Shown: positions 10,020-17,693 of the stretch, in pieces
Position numbering within the stretch: the first letter of the stretch is position 1
Layout of the letters: every line of letters begins with the position of its first letter
The notes under the pieces: generated by a model
Databases searched by the model: none
Seen by the model: only the letters and a program-made list of their open reading frames with translations
Told to the model about the DNA's origin: nothing
Assembly (NCBI GenBank): GCA_045612665.1
Contig: JAZKZO010000038.1
Coordinates: 14,545-78,544, forward strand
Length of the DNA: 64,000 nt
Reading direction: 5' to 3'
Source of the DNA: Eubacteriales bacterium
Lineage (GTDB): Bacteria; Bacillota; Clostridia; Oscillospirales; CAG-272
Position numbers and translations under genes: made by a program

Positions 10020-11072
10020 ATGATTGAAGAATTTGAATTTGACTATGAAAACCGAATAGTTTCAACCGAGGCATCAGGCGAGGACGTTGAGGCTGAAATC
10101 AGCCTTAGACCTAAGGCGTTCGACGAATATATCGGACAGGAAAAGGTAAAGGACCTTTTGAAGGTTTATATTGATGCTGCAAAAGGCAGAGGCGACGCGC
10201 TCGACCACGTTCTTCTCTATGGCCCTCCAGGTCTTGGTAAGACTACTCTTTCAGGAATTATAGCCACAGAAATGGGCGTTAATTTCCGTGTAACGTCAGG
10301 TCCTGCAATCGAAAAGCAGGGCGACCTAGCGGCTATTCTTACAAACCTTGCGCCGGGGGACGTGCTTTTTATTGACGAAATCCACCGTCTTTCAAGGAAT
10401 ATTGAGGAAATACTTTATCCTGCAATGGAGGACTACGTTCTCGACATTATTATCGGTAAAGGACCTGCGGCAAGAAGCATTAGAGTTCCACTTCCAAGAT
10501 TCACCTTGGTTGGTGCGACAACTCGTGCAGGACAGCTTACAACTCCTTTAAGAGATAGATTCGGTGTGCTTTTGAAGCTTGAGCTTTACACTCCCGACGA
10601 GCTTGCAACCATTGTTAAGAGAAGTGCTTCTCTTCTCGGTGTTGAGATTACCGACGAGGGTGCTTACGAGCTTGCCTCACGCTCACGCGGAACACCTCGT
10701 ATTGCAAATAGACTTTTGAAGCGTGTGCGCGATTATGCACAGGTTAAGGGAGATGGCAAAATCACTCTTGATATGGCAAGAAAATCGCTCTCTGCTCTTG
10801 AAATTGACGAGCTTGGTCTTGACAATACCGACAGACGCATGCTCGAAACCATCATTAAGTTTTATGACGGCGGTCCTGTTGGACTTGAAACGCTTAGCGC
10901 TACAATCGGTGAGGAAAGCATCACAATTGAGGACGTGTACGAGCCTTATCTTATGCAAATCGGATTTTTGAACCGTACTCCAAGAGGAAGATGTGTAACA
11001 AGACTCGCCTACGAGCATCTTGGCATTCCATACAACAAGGCAGGAACAACTATTCCGATAACCGAGCTATAA
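10020..11072 (+). CDS. ruvB: Holliday junction DNA helicase RuvB
   Basis: Walker [10 protein letters not shown], Walker [10 protein letters not shown]; 350 aa. Confidence 0.95.
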   Translation: MIEEFEFDYENRIVSTEASGEDVEAEISLRPKAFDEYIGQEKVKDLLKVYIDAAKGRGDALDHVLLYGPPGLGKTTLSGIIATEMGVNFRVTSGPAIEKQGDLAAILTNLAPGDVLFIDEIHRLSRNIEEILYPAMEDYVLDIIIGKGPAARSIRVPLPRFTLVGATTRAGQLTTPLRDRFGVLLKLELYTPDELATIVKRSASLLGVEITDEGAYELASRSRGTPRIANRLLKRVRDYAQVKGDGKITLDMARKSLSALEIDELGLDNTDRRMLETIIKFYDGGPVGLETLSATIGEESITIEDVYEPYLMQIGFLNRTPRGRCVTRLAYEHLGIPYNKAGTTIPITEL

Positions 11073-11073
11073 T

Positions 11074-11101
11074 AAAAATCCCCCATTTTGGGGGATTTTT
11101 T
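11074..11101. terminator. bidirectional intrinsic terminator (ruvB / GerA-family gene)
   Basis: aaaaatccccc-atttt-gggggattttt, with A/T runs on both sides. Confidence 0.75.
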
Positions 11102-11107
11102 GCGCCA

Positions 11108-12520
11108 TTATGGCTTCTTACGACGGAATATCAGACGAGAAAGCGCCTGAGAGTTAAACGGAATTAACGGATACAGGTACGAGCGTTTTCCGTTTATTGT
11201 TGCGTTTGTAGCTATTAAAATTATGCCTATCAGCATACCTAGCGCAAAGCCCCACACATTGAAAAGGGCTATCAAAATCAAGGTTAGCATACGCACGAAT
11301 TTAAAGGCATAGCCAAGCTCGTAATTTGATTGGGTAAAGGACGCCATTGACACGATTGCCATATAAAAGATAACATCGGCGCTAAGCCAACCGACCTGTA
11401 CTGCGAAATCTCCAAGCAAAAGTCCACCGATAACTCCAAAGGAATTCGACATAACGCTAGGAGTATTAAGCGAGGCGAGCTTCAAGCCGTCTATTACTAG
11501 CTCAACGATTAAAAGCTGAGCCAAAATTGGTATATTCCCTGCATCTCTCGGAATTAAAAATTCGAGCCCCTGTGGCATTAAATTAGGATTTGTGATAAGC
11601 AAATACCACACAGGAATAAGCACTATCGCGCTCCAAAAGACGAGCTGTCTTACTATTCTAAGATACGAGCCTGTAAAGGGTGGAAAATAGTAATCGTCCG
11701 TTTCCTGTAAAAAATCAAATATACCTGTCGGCAATATAAGAGCCTCGGGAGAATTGTCGCAAATAACGATTATGCTACCCTCTAAAATAGAGGCACAGGC
11801 ACTGTCGGGGCGCTCCGTGCATCTAACCTTTGGAAAGGGATTATACCACTTGTGCCGTATCAGGCATTCGATAAGGCTTTGGTGTCCCATAACGAGCGCA
11901 TCGGTCCTTATTTCGCTTATTCTCTTTTCGATTTCCGCTACATATTTCGGATTTGCCTTGCCTTTTATATAAACAATTGATATATCGGTTTTTGAGCTTT
12001 CTCCAACGCTTGCATACTTAACAACGAGGTTTGTATCTCTAATTCTACGCCTTATCATAGCGGTATTAAAAAGCATAGTTTCAACAAAGCCGTCGCGCGA
12101 GCCACGCATTACCTTATCGTTTTCGGGCTCTGCTGTTACTCTTGCGGGATACGAGCGTGCATCGACTATTATTGCGCCATCGTAAAAGGCATCTGAAACG
12201 ATAAGTGAGCAACCGCTAAGAACGAATTTTTCGGCTTTATCAATATCATAACAGCCGTCAACCTCGACACTCGGCACGCTTTGCTTTATAAAATCATCTA
12301 CGGTTTTTGCCTCGGTTGCGCCAAACTCCTTTACAGTCGAAAGGTGCATCATAAGCTTTTGCATAATAGCTGCGCTGACAAAGCCGTCGACGTAATACAT
12401 AACCACTCGGTGCGAGTTTATGAGCATTTCTCGCTTTATTATATCAAAATTTTCTCTTACGTTAAGCTCGGTGTCCAAGGTGTCGATATTTAATGCAAAA
12501 TCTGGCGAAAATTTACGCAT
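11108..12520 (-). CDS. spore germination protein, GerA/SpoVAF family
   Basis: MRKFSPDFALNIDTLDTELNVRENFDIIKREMLINSHRVVMYYVDGFV plus a C-terminal multi-TM domain fit the GerA family. ATG 12520 has a GGAGG RBS. The ORF-track start at 12709 would overlap the upstream gene. Confidence 0.8.
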   Translation of the reverse strand: MRKFSPDFALNIDTLDTELNVRENFDIIKREMLINSHRVVMYYVDGFVSAAIMQKLMMHLSTVKEFGATEAKTVDDFIKQSVPSVEVDGCYDIDKAEKFVLSGCSLIVSDAFYDGAIIVDARSYPARVTAEPENDKVMRGSRDGFVETMLFNTAMIRRRIRDTNLVVKYASVGESSKTDISIVYIKGKANPKYVAEIEKRISEIRTDALVMGHQSLIECLIRHKWYNPFPKVRCTERPDSACASILEGSIIVICDNSPEALILPTGIFDFLQETDDYYFPPFTGSYLRIVRQLVFWSAIVLIPVWYLLITNPNLMPQGLEFLIPRDAGNIPILAQLLIVELVIDGLKLASLNTPSVMSNSFGVIGGLLLGDFAVQVGWLSADVIFYMAIVSMASFTQSNYELGYAFKFVRMLTLILIALFNVWGFALGMLIGIILIATNATINGKRSYLYPLIPFNSQALSRLIFRRKKP

Positions 12521-12569
12521 AAAAAACCTCCGCAATACTTTTTTCATAGTATTTGCGGAGATTTTGTTT

Positions 12570-13688
12570 TTAATCGAATTTTTTAAAGAATTGATAGAAA
12601 TAGCAAGGAATGTTGCCGTTTGAGAGCTTTCTAACCTTATCGGGCTTTCGTCCGTAGAAGCGCGAAAACTGCTCGTGATTTGTGATAACGTAGATTTGCC
12701 AGCTATCAAGGGTTTTGAAGTGTTCGCCCATTTTACGATAGAGCTGTTCAGCCTCGCGCAAGGTCATAAGTCGCTCTCCGTACGGTGGATTGCACACAAC
12801 CGTTCCACGCCTTCCCTCGGTTTTTATTGTGAGTGCGTCCTGCTGAAAAATCTTCATATTTTGATACACTCCCGCGTGTTTTGCGCTTTCGGTAGCAATT
12901 TTTACGCACTCGGGGTCGATATCAGATGCATATGCCTCGAAGGCGGAATCGGTTATAATCTTCGACCTTGCCTCTTCTCTTGCATCTATCCAAATTTGCT
13001 TTGAAAATTGAGGGTAGATTTGCGAAATGAATGCGCGATCAAGTCCCGGTGCGCGATTTAGCATCATCATTGTGGCTTCAATTGCGATAGTGCCCGAGCC
13101 ACAAAACGGGTCCCAAAATAAAACGTTTTCTCTTGGTCTTGCAAGCTTGGCAAGAGCGCACGCAAGCGTTTCTCTTATAGGCGCTTCAACGCTCTTTGGA
13201 CGGTATCCTCTTTTATGAAGTGGTACGCCCGAGGTATCAATCATAAGAGTTGCTCTATTTTTGAAAATAAAGAAATCGATTTGATATTTTATGCCTGTTT
13301 CCTCAAACCAAGAAATGCCGTATGCCTTGGTAAGTCTTGAAACAACTGCTCTTTTTATGATTTTTTGGCAATCGGGAACTGAAAAAAGCGCACTTTTTAT
13401 GCTATGTCCCTTTACAGGAAATTCATCGGATTTTCCTATCCATTTTTCCCATTCGAGTGCCTTTGTGCCCTCAAAAAGGTCATCAAAGGTAAGTGCCTCG
13501 AATTCGCCAACCTTGATATAAAGTCTTTCGGCAAAGCGAAGTCCTATATTACATCTTGCAACGGCACTCTCGTCGCCCTCAAAGGTAACTCTGCCGTCCA
13601 TTGTTTCGAGCCTTTTATAGCCGAGATTATCAATTTCCTCGCCAAGAAGGCTTTCAAGTCCGAAAAGACATGTTGCTACATATTCCAT
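12570..13688 (-). CDS. THUMP-domain class I SAM-dependent RNA methyltransferase (YpsC/RlmL-like)
   Basis: N-terminal THUMP-like region, DPFCGSGTIAIEA SAM motif and NPPYGERL catalytic motif. Confidence 0.85.
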   Translation of the reverse strand: MEYVATCLFGLESLLGEEIDNLGYKRLETMDGRVTFEGDESAVARCNIGLRFAERLYIKVGEFEALTFDDLFEGTKALEWEKWIGKSDEFPVKGHSIKSALFSVPDCQKIIKRAVVSRLTKAYGISWFEETGIKYQIDFFIFKNRATLMIDTSGVPLHKRGYRPKSVEAPIRETLACALAKLARPRENVLFWDPFCGSGTIAIEATMMMLNRAPGLDRAFISQIYPQFSKQIWIDAREEARSKIITDSAFEAYASDIDPECVKIATESAKHAGVYQNMKIFQQDALTIKTEGRRGTVVCNPPYGERLMTLREAEQLYRKMGEHFKTLDSWQIYVITNHEQFSRFYGRKPDKVRKLSNGNIPCYFYQFFKKFD

Positions 13689-13690
13689 TA

Positions 13691-14407
13691 TTAGTCTTCC
13701 TTTTCGCTAGTTTCCGGATAAACCTCGAATTTGTAGCCTACGCCCCAAATTGTCTTGAGCTCCCACTTTTTAGATGCTCCGTCAAGCTTTTCGCGAAGTC
13801 GCTTGATATGAACGTCAACTGTACGGGAGTCGCCAAGATAATCGAAGCTCCAAACCTTGTTAAGAAGCTGATCTCTTGTGTATACTCTATTATAGTTTTG
13901 TGCCATAAAGTAAAGAAGCAAAAGCTCCTTATGTGGCATTGTAACCGTTACGCCCTTTACCTTGATTTCGTGATGAGCGAGGTTAATTTCAAGGTTATCA
14001 AAGCGAAGAATGTTCTTGTCATCAACAGGTGCATCTGCAACTCCGCAACGGCGAAGAATTGCCCTTACTCTTGCAAGAAGCTCCTTCAAATCAAAGGGCT
14101 TTACAAGATAATCGTCAGCACCGAGCTCAAGCCCGAGAACCTTATCAAATACGTCTCCCTTTGCACTTATCATAATAATCGGTGTAGAGGAAAGAGCGCG
14201 AATTTGTCTGCAAACCTCGTTACCTTCCTTTTTAGGAAGCATATTTTCAAGAAGAACGATATCAGGCTCGTATGCCTTGAATGCCTCAATGCCCTCAACG
14301 CCATCGTTTGCCTCAACAACCTCATAGCCCTCGTTCTTAAAATAAAGTCTTATTACCTCGCAAAAGTTCTTATCACTATCGATAATTAGCATTTTTGTTC
14401 CTATCAT
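13691..14407 (-). CDS. OmpR/PhoB-family response regulator, atypical (Glu at the phospho-acceptor position)
   Basis: The receiver domain has IIDSD, PDIVLLENMLP, ISAKG and DDYLVKPF. The C-terminal winged helix has RTVDVHIKRLREKL. GGAGG RBS precedes ATG 14407. Confidence 0.85.
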   Translation of the reverse strand: MIGTKMLIIDSDKNFCEVIRLYFKNEGYEVVEANDGVEGIEAFKAYEPDIVLLENMLPKKEGNEVCRQIRALSSTPIIMISAKGDVFDKVLGLELGADDYLVKPFDLKELLARVRAILRRCGVADAPVDDKNILRFDNLEINLAHHEIKVKGVTVTMPHKELLLLYFMAQNYNRVYTRDQLLNKVWSFDYLGDSRTVDVHIKRLREKLDGASKKWELKTIWGVGYKFEVYPETSEKED

Positions 14408-14438
14408 TTTGCGTATCCTCCAAAATAAGTCTTGTTAC

Positions 14439-14467
14439 ATTGTAACACATAAATATGAATTTGTAAA
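14439..14467 (-). promoter_or_regulatory. candidate sigma-A promoter of the response regulator gene
   Basis: Minus strand reads TTTACA (14467..14462), 17 nt, TACAAT (14444..14439). Confidence 0.45.
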
Positions 14468-14515
14468 TAATTTGTTCATAATTTCGTTTTATTTTATTTA
14501 ATTTTAACCTATTTT

Positions 14516-14543
14516 TGTGAAGGTTTTGTGAACGAAATGTGAA
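14516..14543. repeat. three direct TGTGAA repeats at exact 11-bp spacing (candidate OmpR-family binding site)
   Basis: TGTGAA occurs at 14516, 14527 and 14538. The first two units share the 9-mer TTTTGTGAA. The repeats lie between the divergent response-regulator and ychF promoters. Confidence 0.5.
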
Positions 14544-14599
14544 TATGGACTTAATTTTATATATTTTTTAATATTTTTTTGCAAATTTGCCTTTTAGTC

Positions 14600-14628
14600 T
14601 TGATAAATTCGAAAAAATAATGTAAAAT
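14600..14628 (+). promoter_or_regulatory. candidate sigma-A promoter of ychF
   Basis: TTGATA (14600..14605), 17 nt, TAAAAT (14623..14628). Confidence 0.5.
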
Positions 14629-14665
14629 TGTACTGAACTTTTATTATATAAAGAGGTAAATATAA

Positions 14666-15760
14666 ATGAAGCTTGGTATTGTTGGATTGCCTAACGTTGG
14701 CAAAAGTACTCTTTTCAATGCACTCACTAATGCAGGTGCGCAAAGTGCAAACTATCCATTCTGCACAATTGAGCCTAACGTTGGTGTTGTAAGCGTTCCT
14801 GACTCTCGTCTTGACGAGCTTGCAAAGATGTACAATCCTGAAAAATATACTCCTGCTGTTATCGAATTCGTTGACATTGCAGGACTTGTAAGAGGCGCGT
14901 CCAAGGGTGAGGGACTTGGAAACAAGTTCTTGTCTCACATAAGAGAGGTTGACGCTATCGTTCACGTTGTAAGATGCTTTGAGAACAACGATATTATTCA
15001 CGTTGACGGCGGAGTTGATCCTATGCGCGACGTTGAAACTATAAATTTGGAGCTTATCTTCTCCGATATTGAAATTATCGAGCGCAGAATTGATGCTGTT
15101 AAAAAGGCTATGAAGGGCGACAAAACGCTCGCTCCAAAGGTTGAGCTTTTCGAGAGAGTTCACGCAGCGCTTGAGGAAGGCAAAACCGCCCGTTCTCTTG
15201 ACTACACTGAGGAAGAGATGGAAATGATGGGCGACGTTGCGCTTCTTACAATTAAGCCTGTAATTTACGCAGCTAACATAAGCGAGAGCGATGTAGGAAG
15301 CGACCTTTCGGATAACAAGTACTATCAAAGCGTTGTTGAGTTCGCAAAGACTGAAAAGAGCGAGGTTATCCCTGTTTGTGCCGAGATAGAGGCTCAAATT
15401 GCCGAGCTTGACGACGAGGATAAGGAAATGTTCCTTAGCGACCTTGGAATCGAGGAAAGCGGTCTTGACAGGCTTATCAAGGCAAGCTATTCTCTACTTG
15501 GACTTATCAGCTATCTTACAGCAGGTCCACAAGAGGTTCGTGCTTGGACAATTATCAAGGGCACAAAGGCTCCACAGGCAGCAGGTAAAATTCACTCCGA
15601 CTTCGAGCGTGGATTTATCCGTGCTGAAATCGTTTCATTTGACGACCTTATGGCGTGTGGCTCAATGAACAACGCAAAGGAAAAGGGTCTTGTCCGCTCC
15701 GAGGGCAAGGAATACGTTATTGCCGACGGCGATATCGTTCTATTTAGATTTAACGTATAA
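14666..15760 (+). CDS. ychF: redox-regulated ATPase YchF
   Basis: MKLGIVGLPNVGKSTLFNALT G1 motif; 364 aa; C-terminal TGS/YchF domain (AWTIIKGTKAPQAAGKIHSDFERGFIRAE). Confidence 0.95.
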   Translation: MKLGIVGLPNVGKSTLFNALTNAGAQSANYPFCTIEPNVGVVSVPDSRLDELAKMYNPEKYTPAVIEFVDIAGLVRGASKGEGLGNKFLSHIREVDAIVHVVRCFENNDIIHVDGGVDPMRDVETINLELIFSDIEIIERRIDAVKKAMKGDKTLAPKVELFERVHAALEEGKTARSLDYTEEEMEMMGDVALLTIKPVIYAANISESDVGSDLSDNKYYQSVVEFAKTEKSEVIPVCAEIEAQIAELDDEDKEMFLSDLGIEESGLDRLIKASYSLLGLISYLTAGPQEVRAWTIIKGTKAPQAAGKIHSDFERGFIRAEIVSFDDLMACGSMNNAKEKGLVRSEGKEYVIADGDIVLFRFNV

Positions 15761-15763
15761 AAG

Positions 15764-15790
15764 AAAAGCTCCGACTTGGTCGGAGCTTTT
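15764..15790. terminator. bidirectional intrinsic terminator
   Basis: aaaagctccgac / gtcggagctttt hairpin between the convergent ychF and lipoprotein genes. Confidence 0.75.
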
Positions 15791-15795
15791 TGTTG

Positions 15796-17613
15796 TTAAA
15801 ATACGATTTTATCGCCGATGTATTCAACTACCAAAGCAGAATTCATATTTTCTTTATTTGCGATAAATACAGGAATCAACGTATCATAATCACCAAGGAG
15901 CTTATTAAGATTAGTGCTTGAAACGTCAACACTTATTGTTACGTTATTAGTCGACTTAACGTCATCCACGAAGGTATCATAGTTCTTTTCTTGTACGAAG
16001 ATCATAGGTACTTCTATTTCATGTGCAACATATTTTTCCTCGGTTGCATCATATGAATAAACATATTGTGTTCTAAACTCAATATCAAAGCGTCTTGAAA
16101 GAAGAACCTTTTTAGCCGCCCAAGCAGTCGAAGAACCGTTTACAAACACCTTTGCATCATTGTTGCCATCCTTAGGCTGATATTTAATGGTGTTAATTCC
16201 GTTGATATCATCCAAGTTGAACCACAATGTGTCATATTTAACGGCAGAAAGTGTTTCGTTTACCTCATAGCCCAAAAGCTTGCCTGTGTTGGCGTTATAA
16301 AGTTCACAAATAGTACCGGTAAATCCAATCATACCACTTGCCTTATTTCCTACAACTGACACATAGTCATCTGTAATGTAGAACTCAGCACAGCTTCCTG
16401 TTTCAACGCCTGCTGCGGTAAGATATTCATAGATTGAGCCGCTAACATCTCCGTTTCTATCTTTTTCAATAGAGAACATTGCGCGTCTTACGCCCAAATA
16501 TTTAATAGCGAATTCATAAGAATTTTCCGCAACGGTATATCTAAGAGCGTTTGCATCGCCCAATTGAATTCTTACAACTCTTTCGCTTGTTTCAACGTCC
16601 ATGGACAAAGCAATTTGAACAGTTTGTGTTCCCAAAACAGGCAAGTTGGCTGTATACTCAACTACATAAAAAATTGTTTCACCGTCGAAATCGATGGTAA
16701 TGTCATAAATGCTTTCTTCAAAAGCATAGTGTGCGGTGTTTGCCGGGTTTTTGTCAAAATAATTGTTAAATGCGGAAATAGAAGTTGTTGAAAGGCCTTC
16801 AATAACAGTCAATACATTAAAGAAGGTTTGTGACTGTTGTAGATTGTCAAGCACCATTTGATATTGCTCGCCATAACCGTATGTAACATTGGAAACATTA
16901 ACAAAGCTCGAATAATCGTTTATAATGTTATTTGCATTTACCAAATTTGCGCTATAGTCAGGGCGCATAGTTTCAGGAATATAGCTATACGGATTCAATT
17001 GATATCCGCTAAGCAAGGAGCTAAGCAAGCTCTTTGCATCAACAACGGTGTTCCATATAGCAAAATATTCTACGTTTCCGGTAATTGGAGTGGTGAAATC
17101 GACACCGTTTTCACCGTTTTTATCTGTAGCCCAACCAATAAATTTATGTCCTTCAAAGGTAGGATCTGTTGGTTTCGATGCCAAAGCGCCGTATTCTACA
17201 GTTTGTGATTGAACAGCGCTTCCGCCGTTAGAATTAAAGGTAACAGTATATTTCTGCTTTACCTTTGTAACAATAGAATAATACGAAGCGTCCTTTGTTG
17301 CGTTTGGAATAGCATTTAGCACACTTCCGTTGCTGCTTTCGCTCCAACCCTCAACTGTATAATCCCACTCGGCAGTATCTGCCTTTGTGTAAGAATATGA
17401 AGGCGCGTTTCCTTCGGTTACGGAGTCGGTCTTCAATAAGTTACCCGATTCATCAAACCACTTGATCGTGTATTTTACGGCTTGTGATGAGGATTCCTCA
17501 CTTGACGAGCTCTCGCTTGATGAACTGCTGCTAGATGAATCACCGTTATCGCAAGAAACAACAAGCAATAGCGAGATCAAAAGAGCAACAATTAAACATA
17601 GTAATTTTTTCAT
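15796..17613 (-). CDS. lipoprotein with Listeria-Bacteroides (InlB B-repeat / Flg_new) repeats and a large uncharacterised C-terminal domain
   Basis: Lipobox LLVVSC followed by a poly-Ser linker. KYTVTFNSNGGSAVQSQTVEYGALASKPTDPTFEGHKFIGWATDKNG matches the Flg_new repeat pattern. Confidence 0.7.
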   Translation of the reverse strand: MKKLLCLIVALLISLLLVVSCDNGDSSSSSSSSESSSSEESSSQAVKYTIKWFDESGNLLKTDSVTEGNAPSYSYTKADTAEWDYTVEGWSESSNGSVLNAIPNATKDASYYSIVTKVKQKYTVTFNSNGGSAVQSQTVEYGALASKPTDPTFEGHKFIGWATDKNGENGVDFTTPITGNVEYFAIWNTVVDAKSLLSSLLSGYQLNPYSYIPETMRPDYSANLVNANNIINDYSSFVNVSNVTYGYGEQYQMVLDNLQQSQTFFNVLTVIEGLSTTSISAFNNYFDKNPANTAHYAFEESIYDITIDFDGETIFYVVEYTANLPVLGTQTVQIALSMDVETSERVVRIQLGDANALRYTVAENSYEFAIKYLGVRRAMFSIEKDRNGDVSGSIYEYLTAAGVETGSCAEFYITDDYVSVVGNKASGMIGFTGTICELYNANTGKLLGYEVNETLSAVKYDTLWFNLDDINGINTIKYQPKDGNNDAKVFVNGSSTAWAAKKVLLSRRFDIEFRTQYVYSYDATEEKYVAHEIEVPMIFVQEKNYDTFVDDVKSTNNVTISVDVSSTNLNKLLGDYDTLIPVFIANKENMNSALVVEYIGDKIVF

Positions 17614-17693
17614 TTTTCTCTCCTTATAAATAAGATTTATATAATTTATGTAACCAACAAAACCTACAAGATCATGATTTTTATCAATCGATT

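Noticed and set aside
13601-15397. 262-aa (+) and 267-aa (-) ORFs
   Set aside because: They are antisense to the response-regulator gene and to ychF respectively. Both real genes carry unmistakable family motifs. The antisense frames are Cys/Asn/Leu-rich with no start signals.
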